A stretch of DNA of 64,000 bases from Eledone cirrhosa. Its lineage: Eukaryota. The stretch is from contig OZ024741.1 in assembly GCA_964016885.1 (NCBI GenBank), positions 307,954,001-308,018,000 of the forward strand, written 5' to 3'. A program made the translations under genes and the position numbers. The notes under the pieces were generated by a model, which was given only the letters and a program-made list of their open reading frames with translations, was not told the origin of the DNA and did no database searches. This document shows, piece by piece, positions 55,700 to 64,000 of this stretch; position 1 is the first letter of the stretch, and each line of letters begins with the position of its first letter.

Positions 55700-56852
55700 C
55701 AAAGTGCCAAGGACACAGATGATGGTACAAATAGCACCAGGGACTTATAAAATGATTAGGGAGAGCTACCCGCATGACGTGAAGATCTGTAACGAGAGAA
55801 CCACTAGTAGGTTGTTAAAGGGTTTCCCAAAGGAAATTCCACCAAATATGGAGATTGAACCGCCCGATCTCCAAAAAACACTCGATTGATAATTTTTCTT
55901 CTCTTAAATAACCAGTCAACATGGCTATTATAATAGTAGGAAGTATGAATGTTTGTGGACTGCCGTTATTCTGGACGTAAGGTTGCTTGTTGAATGACCT
56001 CAATTCACTAGCTATGGCTGTGACTGCATTAACGATAGGAGGAATTCCGACACGTACGCACTAGCCACTATTTTGAACTTTTCTCATCTCTTAGACGGCC
56101 TGGAATGAGAGATGGGGTGATAGTGCTGGTTAGTAAAGGCCTGGATCTCAAGGTACGGATGAGCTTCCTCGACTAGGACGTTGAATTGATGGTCCATGAT
56201 GTGAGCAATAGCGAAGGTGGTTCATTTAGATTGCTGACCGACTATGCACAGACCGGGTGAATTTCTTCAGGTATACGGAAGCTTTTCTAAGAACAACTCA
56301 CCCTTTACTTTTATCGCTTGTAAGACGGGTCCGGCTATCGGCCAAGTCCATCGTGATGATAGCCTTGCCACCTTCTTTTGGCCAGGAAGGGCAGGCAGTT
56401 TTCCTCTGCCAGGTAGCTGTAGCGAAAGAGGCTAGGTGGTGTACGCAGCTGAAAAGACTGAAGACAGATACTTTGCTCTTCAGCCAAACCCTCATCAATT
56501 TTTTCAATTTTCAATTTTCACAAGTACATTTATTAAAAGGTGGGGAAATTTAGCGAGGATGGCTCTAGTGAATGGGCCTACTCTGGCCACGCGTGTAGGC
56601 TGGATAGTTTGGAGAGGAGAGGAGCACCATCGGGGGATGTTCTTTGAGAGTAAGATGGTTTAGGATCTGTGGAGTTCCTAAGTTACCACTGGGAGAGAGC
56701 TCCTCATAGTGGGGAATATTTATTGTTTAAATTGTATGGTTTATTATGATTTGTTATCTTCTTTCATCGAGTTCATTTAAACCTCCAATATCCCAGTTTT
56801 TGTATTGTCTTTTATGTTTCAGCCCTTGTGGCTAATAAAGAAAATTATTATT
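55700..56852 (+). mobile_element. Internally deleted L1/Tx1-like LINE (APE start fused to the ORF2 C-terminus and 3' UTR)
   Basis: MAIIIVGSMNVCGL...LLNDL from 55921, then RVRLSAKSIVMIALPPSFGQEGQAVFLC (homologous to 15570-15750), ending CCCTTGTGGCTAATAAAGAAAATTATTATT. Confidence 0.7.
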
Positions 56853-56917
56853 TTCTTTATATTTATCATTATCCTCATCATTAATATTGCTGTTGTTGTT
56901 GTTGTTATAATTATTAA

Positions 56918-57620
56918 GGGCGGTGGAATGGCAGTATCGGTAGAGGGTCGGAGGCTATGCTTTGACGTATAGAGTTACGGCCCTTGCCATTCTGAGTTCA
57001 AATCCCGCCGAAGTTAACTTTGCCTTTCATCCTTATGGGGTCGATAAAATAAAGTACCAGTAATGCTTTGGGTAATTGCTGGCCTTGTGCTAAACGTAGA
57101 AACAATTATTATAGTTGTTATTTCTATGTATGTAGTTACGTTCTGAGTTCAAATACCACCGACGTTAACTGCCTTTCATCCTAATGGGACAAAAAAATAA
57201 AAAAATAAAGCACCAGTAATGCACTGGTGTCGATTTAATAGTCTTCCTTCTCTCTCCAAAATTACTGGCCTTGTGCCAAAAAAAGAAATCCTGCCGATGT
57301 TAACTTTGCCTTTCATCCTTACGGGGTCGATAAAATAAAGTACCAGTAATTCACTGGGGTCGATTTAATCGACTTCCCCCCCCCCCCCAAATTACTGGCC
57401 TTGTGCCTATATAAGAAACCATTATTATTATCATAAATAGGATTGGCAGTATCGGTAGAGGGTCGGACATCCTTTCCAGCACAGTTACGGCCCTTTATGG
57501 TCTGAGTTCAAATCCCGCTGAGGTTAACTTTGCCTTTCATCCTTACGAGGTCGATAAAATAAAGTACCAGTAATGTACTGGGTATTTGCTGGCCTTGTGC
57601 CGAAAGTATAAAACATTATT
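56918..57620 (+). mobile_element. Array of four same-orientation SINE copies (main family)
   Basis: The GTTAACT(TT)GCCTTTCATCCT...AAAG.ACCAGTAAT block occurs four times. Confidence 0.85.
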
Positions 57621-57824
57621 ATTTAATGCATGTTCATGTACTAATGTGGTGGCACTGGTGGGGTGGGGGGTGTTAACAACAATCTTTTGTTTTCCCTCTA
57701 CGAGTCTTTCTGATAGCGAAGATGTCTTCCTTTCTCTCCAATTACTTCTCATTTCACTTCAACTTAGATTAAGTGGGAGACACCGATACAGGAATTGACA
57801 TAAGGTATGTATGTATGTATGTAT

Positions 57825-58212
57825 TAGCTTTTGTCAAGGCAGAATTCTAGGAGAAGGAAAACTCTGATATAACACCTGCAATCCTGATGGTATCCAATGA
57901 TGTTGACTTGTTCTTCTTTTTGGTAAATATCATTTTGGTTAAGAGAGTGGGACTGGCTTTGTGCAGTGCCTTTGCTCACTATAAAAGCTCCACGGCACAG
58001 GCATTGCTTTATATCTGGAGATCTCTCTGCACTTGTCATCACATGGTACCATGGGCCCAGCACTATGTCAATAATTGTCGCAAGTGTAGTGTTTGTACCA
58101 GAGTTTCAAGTCGCTGGCTGGACTAAAAAGTCACACTCGTTCAGCGCATCGGTAGGGGTTCTCCTACATGGATATAAAGTAGTGGCCGTACTCGAAAACG
58201 AGTTGGCAGCCA
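57825..58212 (+). mobile_element. 5'-truncated copy of the 600-bp retroposon-like family
   Basis: Matches 45939-46332. Confidence 0.85.
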
Positions 58213-58708
58213 CTATATATATATATATATATATATATATGTTTATATGTATATGTGTATGAATGAATGTGCATTGCATATATATATGTTTATATGTATG
58301 TACTTATGTATGTTTGCATGTGCATGTGTATGTATATATATGTTTATATGTATATGTGTATGATGAATGTCTGTGTATATATATATATGTTTATATGCAT
58401 GTGTGTATATGTATGTTTTATGTATGTTTTATGTATGTACGTACCCATGTATGGGCATGTATATATAGGTTTATATGTATGTATGTACGTATGCATGTAT
58501 GGGCATGTGTATGTATATATATATGTTTATATGTATATGTGTATGACTGAATGTCTGTGTGTATATATGTTTATATGCATGTGTGTATATGTATGTTTAT
58601 TCGTATGGATGAATGTGTGTACGTACGCATGTATGTGCAGGTGTATATATGCATATGCTTATATGTATATGTAAATGAATGAATGTATGGGAATGTATAT
58701 ACTGTATA

Positions 58709-58859
<151 letters not shown>

Positions 58860-59377
58860 TTATATGTACGTATGTACGTACGCATGTATGTGCATGTGTG
58901 TATATATATATGTTTATATGCATGTGTGTATATGTATGTTTATATGTGTGTATTTATATATGTATGCTTGTATGTATCCTTATATGTATATATTACGTAT
59001 GTAATGTACGTTTATTCGTGCGTATGTATGAGCTAGTGTATGTATTGATATATGTACGTATGTGCATATGCATATTTGTATGTATATATATATATATGTA
59101 TGTGTGTGTGTATGCATGTGTGTATGTATGTATGCATGTATGTAATGTACGTGTGTATGTATGTATGAATTGTGTATATACGTTAGTATGTATGTATTTA
59201 TATATGTATATATGAATATATGCATGTATGCATACATTTATGTATGCATGTATCTATGTATGTGTGTATCTATGTGTTTGGGTGGATGTACGTATGTATG
59301 TAAGCAAGGAAATAGGGAGGCAGGTAGATAATAGCTAGGTACGAGTGTATGTGCAAATGCATATGTCTATATGGACT

Positions 59378-59420
<43 letters not shown>

Positions 59421-59426
<6 letters not shown>

Positions 59427-59704
59427 AAGGAATTGTGGTAAGGAACCAGATGAACGATAACGGTCCAGAGTACTCAATACTTAGGGTAGTAGAGTGGGTA
59501 ATAAGAAAAAGTATGACCCCGACGGCAGAGCTCAAGCCGTTTCGACGACAGCTATTTCTGGACTATAGCCGTCGAAATAACCGTTGAAACGGCTTGAGCT
59601 CTGCCGTCGGGGTCATACTTTTTCCTATTTCCCACTCTACTACCCTAAGTATTGAGTACTCTGGTCCGTTATCGTTCATCTGGTTCCTTACCACAATTCC
59701 TGTG

Positions 59705-59707
<3 letters not shown>
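59421..59707. mobile_element. Fold-back element family F1, copy 3, TA-flanked
   Basis: Symmetric arms of about 125 bp. Both arms share private variants (GAACGATAACGG / CCGTTATCGTTC) that are absent from copies 1 and 2. Confidence 0.9.
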
Positions 59708-59751
<44 letters not shown>

Positions 59752-59932
59752 TATATATATATACATATATATATACATGTGTGTGTGTGTGTATCCATGT
59801 TTCTATCTCTCCATTTATGTACATAGCCTTCTTTCCCTCCTTTCTCTGTATCTATCTATCTACATGTATGTTTGGAAGTATATAGTTAAGGGTGTATATA
59901 TGATGTCTCCTCTTCTTAATGATAATTCAAGC

Positions 59933-59986
<54 letters not shown>

Positions 59987-60283
59987 ACATTTAATGGCAA
60001 ATTAATACGATTTAGACTCTTCCAATTGAGAAATCTGCAATCACTCAAAACACCTCCACCTCACCCTGAAAAATGAAAATGTTTGGTTTTACTGATGTCG
60101 TCAATTTCATTTATATATCGTTCCATAATATGCATGCACATGTGTTTTTGTGCATTCTATATATCCATATATATATATATATATCTCCATATATATATAT
60201 ATATATATATATACATGGAAAGTTATATTTAAATTGTTGGGTTACAACTAGTAAATATTAATAACTGATATAAAGTTAATATC

Positions 60284-60337
<54 letters not shown>

Positions 60338-60414
60338 CACATATATAACACATATGTATATATATCTGTATATATATATATAAACGGAAAAAATGAAACG
60401 AAATTTCATTTCCC

Positions 60415-60459
60415 ACGTCTTGCTGACGATAGCTAATAAGCTTGAAACTAGTACAGCGT
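60415..60459 (+). ncRNA. Minimal hammerhead motif in a TA-flanked insert (about 60382-60580)
   Basis: ACGT-CT-TG-CTGACGA-T-AGCT(AATA)AGCT-T-GAAA-CTAG-TA-CA-GCGT. Confidence 0.75.
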
Positions 60460-60660
60460 TTCTTTGTCAGTGTTGAACAAACGAGCAGCGATGGTTGCTG
60501 GACACTACGGCTTAATACGGGATGTTTGTTTACAAAAACACCGAGCATTATAATAAATGTTCGGTGAATCTATACGTACATATATATATGTGTGCATGTA
60601 TGTATATATATGTACATACTACTGCACGTCTGTATACATATATGTATGTGCGTGTACATA

Positions 60661-60717
<57 letters not shown>

Positions 60718-60748
60718 CACATATATAACACATATGCATATATATCAG

Positions 60749-60776
<28 letters not shown>

Positions 60777-60779
<3 letters not shown>

Positions 60780-61891
60780 TAATAAAAACAATGAATAAAA
60801 ACAAAGAACAAGTTCCTTATATTAAAAAAATTATCATTTTACGATCGTTTCTAGGATATATATGTGTGTGTTGGTATGTATATCATATAGATCTATGTCA
60901 AAATATTACAAACTATCACAGGAAATATACATACCTTCACATATATATGCTGTCTTCAGAAATAATGAAATTTGTTTATTGAAAAAAAACCAACAAAGAT
61001 TTAATATAAAAGGTCTGTTTGGGAACAGGTTTTGAATTGACCAATAGAACAGTAGTAAGAGGTCAAGTTGATAGAATAGTAGTAGTAGAAATTTTATTTA
61101 GAGGTAGAGGAATGCAGACTTATGTTTTGAATGGAAAGAATACTTTGAATGAAAAGAATACTTTGGGGATGAAAAGAGGTCAAGCTGGTGAAGGGTACAC
61201 GAAAATTTGATGTTATTAAAGAATAATGTTAATGTTAAAAACGAAGGAGAGTAAAATTTTAGGGTAAAGGTATTAGTGAGAAATACCAATCTTATTTAAA
61301 ACACAAGGAATTTAGATCTTTAACAAGAAATTAAATTAATTGATAAGTATACTTATAGGGATAAATTTATATTAATTCATATAGATGTGATAAATAAGAA
61401 TTAGATGTTATTAAAAATAAAATTTTGGGATAAGTGTAGTAGTGAGAAATACCAATCTTATATAGATTACAAGGAATCTAGATTCATAACAGGAAATTAA
61501 ATTAATTTATATATATATATACAGGGCGGAAGAACTCATAAGAGTCTACGGCCATCCAAAAGTGCTAAATATGAATACACACATGTACATATGTATGTAT
61601 ATGCGCGGGGACTGGGAGTGAAGGACCCCTAGCATTTGTCAGGGCATTCTTCTAGGAGAAGGCAACTCAGGAAACTGGGATAACTCCGATATAAAACCTG
61701 CGGCTCAGTAGTTACCGATGATGTTGATCTTTTCTTCTTTTCGGGTTATAGCTACTGTCGCCAAGAGAGTGGGCTTGGCTCAGTGCAAAGTCTTTCCTCA
61801 CTTTAAAAAATATTGCACTATAGAATTAATTAATAATAATTAACAATGGTATATCGTGCAATGGCCATACTCGATAACGAGGGAGCAGGCC

Positions 61892-61922
<31 letters not shown>

Positions 61923-62975
61923 AGACAAATCTACCAAAATATACGGTAGTGTCCAATCCGTATGAAGAACTCAATGTAATCCAAATATCATGAAAAGTGA
62001 AGATGTATTCAACATTTTTTAGATGAATAACACAGGAAAACAGAGTCAAGATAAAACCTAATTAATATACACTTATATTTTACAAATTATTATAATTATT
62101 TTTTTAAAATTAGTTAACCTATAATTAATATTCTACTACTAAGAACTACATAATTTTATTTCCCCTTTACAGCTATCTTTTCCTAAAATTTATACCAATA
62201 AGTATACATATAAACTATTTTAATTTCCTGTTATGAATCTAAATTCCCTATAATCTATATAAGTTTGTTATTTCTCACTAATACATTTATACCCCCCCCC
62301 CCCAAAAAAAAATGTTTTCTTCGTTTTTAACAACATTCTTTAATAACATCTAACTCTTATTTATATCTTTATGAATTAATATCATTTTATCCCTATAAAT
62401 ATACCTATCAATTAAATTAATTTAATTTCTTTTTATAGATCTATATTCCTTATGTTTTAAATAGGATTGATATTTTTCACTAACACATTTATAGTAAAGT
62501 TTTATTTTCCTTAGATTTTAACATTACCATTATTCTTTAATAACTTCAAATTTTCGTGTACCTTTCACCGGCTTGACCTATTTTCATCCCCAAAGTAATC
62601 TTTTCATTCAAAATACTTTTTCCATTCAAAACTGAAGTCTGCATTCCTCTAACCCTAAATTAAATTTCTACTACTACTATTCTATCAACTTGACCACTTA
62701 CTACTTTTCTATTGGTCAATTCAAAACCTGTTCCCAAACAGACCTATTATATTAAATCTTTGTTGGTTTTTTTCAATAAACAAATATCATTATTTCCGAA
62801 GACAGCATATATATGTTTAGGTATGTATATTCCCTCTGATAGTTTGTAAAACTTTTACATAGATCTATATGATATACATACCAACACACACATATATATC
62901 CTAGAAACGATCGTAAAATGATGAATTTTTAAATATAAGGAACTGTTTCTTTGTTTTTATTCATTGTTTTTATTA

Positions 62976-62980
<5 letters not shown>
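60777..62980. mobile_element. Large diverged inverted pair of family H elements (about 60777-61510 minus; about 62215-62980 plus; inverted tail 61921-62060)
   Basis: Arms of about 730 bp, each with the long-stem-II HHR (about 60835-60967 minus, intact CTGAAGA; about 62788-62912 plus, CCGAAGA). 61921-62055 is the reverse complement of the 43170-43307 tail. Confidence 0.8.
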
Positions 62981-63037
<57 letters not shown>

Positions 63038-63179
63038 CCATATGTATATATATCTGTATATATATACATACACACAAATACACACACACACATATATATA
63101 TGGATGGATGTGCGTGTGTTTCTGTGTGCGTGTGTGGGGTAGGGGGTGCACGCACGCGGGTATGCATTTATTTAATGTG

Positions 63180-64000
63180 GTCGTCGACTTGAACTGAAAA
63201 CCACTTTCTTGTCGCAGTCACCAATTTGTATCAGATATTATTTATTCGGTTATTAATCCTTGCATGACTACTAAGTCAAGACGATTTTGTTTGCTGAGGA
63301 GGCATGGAATTTGAACTGATAAACTACAAACAGTTGCTGCGTCCTTGTGTACTCGACTAACATGGATTTTCAGGCTTGTAGTAGACGTGTGATCAAACGT
63401 TCCTGATGGAATTGCATGCTTCTGAAAATCTTATCTTGGAGCCCTAACATGTATTATCTCATAGTTGATAAGACGGGCTTTTGAAAGCGTGGGTCCCCCA
63501 CTGACATTAAGCTGAGATTTCTTTTATAGGATCCTCGCATGGGACCAACAACTCGCATCTTTCTATCATGGTATTTCATCAGTTCGTGGACAAGATTATT
63601 GTTTCAAATTAAAGAAATCTTTCCCCGGTTACTGACCACCATTCACCCCTAATCAAAGTGAGATATTCTCAGCTTGCTGTGATCATGTTCAAAGACTATA
63701 GGTTGATTTTTGTGACATCACAAAATCTCTTTTTTAGGTTTTTATTTGGGGCGTTTACCGAATTCTAGTTCCCCACAGAGTTATAGTTCGGAAGTTTGAA
63801 ATCATTAAGACGGATGCTGTGACCAATTGAGTGCATGAAGTCCCTAATTACAGGAGCTTTGATATTTAGACAGCGTGCCTTTTCTAGTATTCTGTATCGG
63901 GTGTAAAGATCCCAGCTCATGTTCAAAGGATCTGGAGGCGTTATCAGTGTGACGTCTACGTCTAAGACGAGTACACCCATGATGTGATGATACATGCATT
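63180..64000 (-). pseudogene. Possible decayed piggyBac-like transposase (runs off the window)
   Basis: Weak remnants (RRHTDN, DLYTR, FHQERLITRLL) with many stops and frameshifts. Confidence 0.25.

Overview
This is a 64-kb, AT-rich, eukaryotic, essentially non-genic window. The SINE content and extreme microsatellite load suggest a coleoid cephalopod (octopus-like), but that is inference only. No intact host protein-coding gene is supported; almost all listed ORFs are translations of microsatellites. The window is a mosaic of (TA)n/(CA)n/(TATG)n/(GGT)n tracts, about 20 tRNA-derived SINE copies, decayed LINEs (L1/Tx1-like APE and C-terminal zinc-knuckle fragments, one RTE fragment), hAT and Tc1/mariner MITEs, possible piggyBac relics and Penelope-like element (PLE) fragments. 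The dominant unexplained structure is a system of short elements sitting between (TA)n tracts. Many are head-to-head fold-back palindromes with a one-sided tail, and many carry minimal type I hammerhead ribozyme (HHR) motifs of the form CUGANGA-stem II-GAAA-short loop-UH-stem I. I found about 8 well-formed and about 10 degenerate HHR motifs by eye, including covarying stems, a recurrent U-U apposition at the base of stem II and a version with a roughly 115-nt stem II. Fold-back centres repeatedly coincide with the ribozyme motif, and one palindrome spacer is an exact 63-nt copy of sequence 9.3 kb away. A pre-miRNA-like hairpin lies in unique sequence at about 45.5 kb. All structures were read by eye, so repeat boundaries are approximate.
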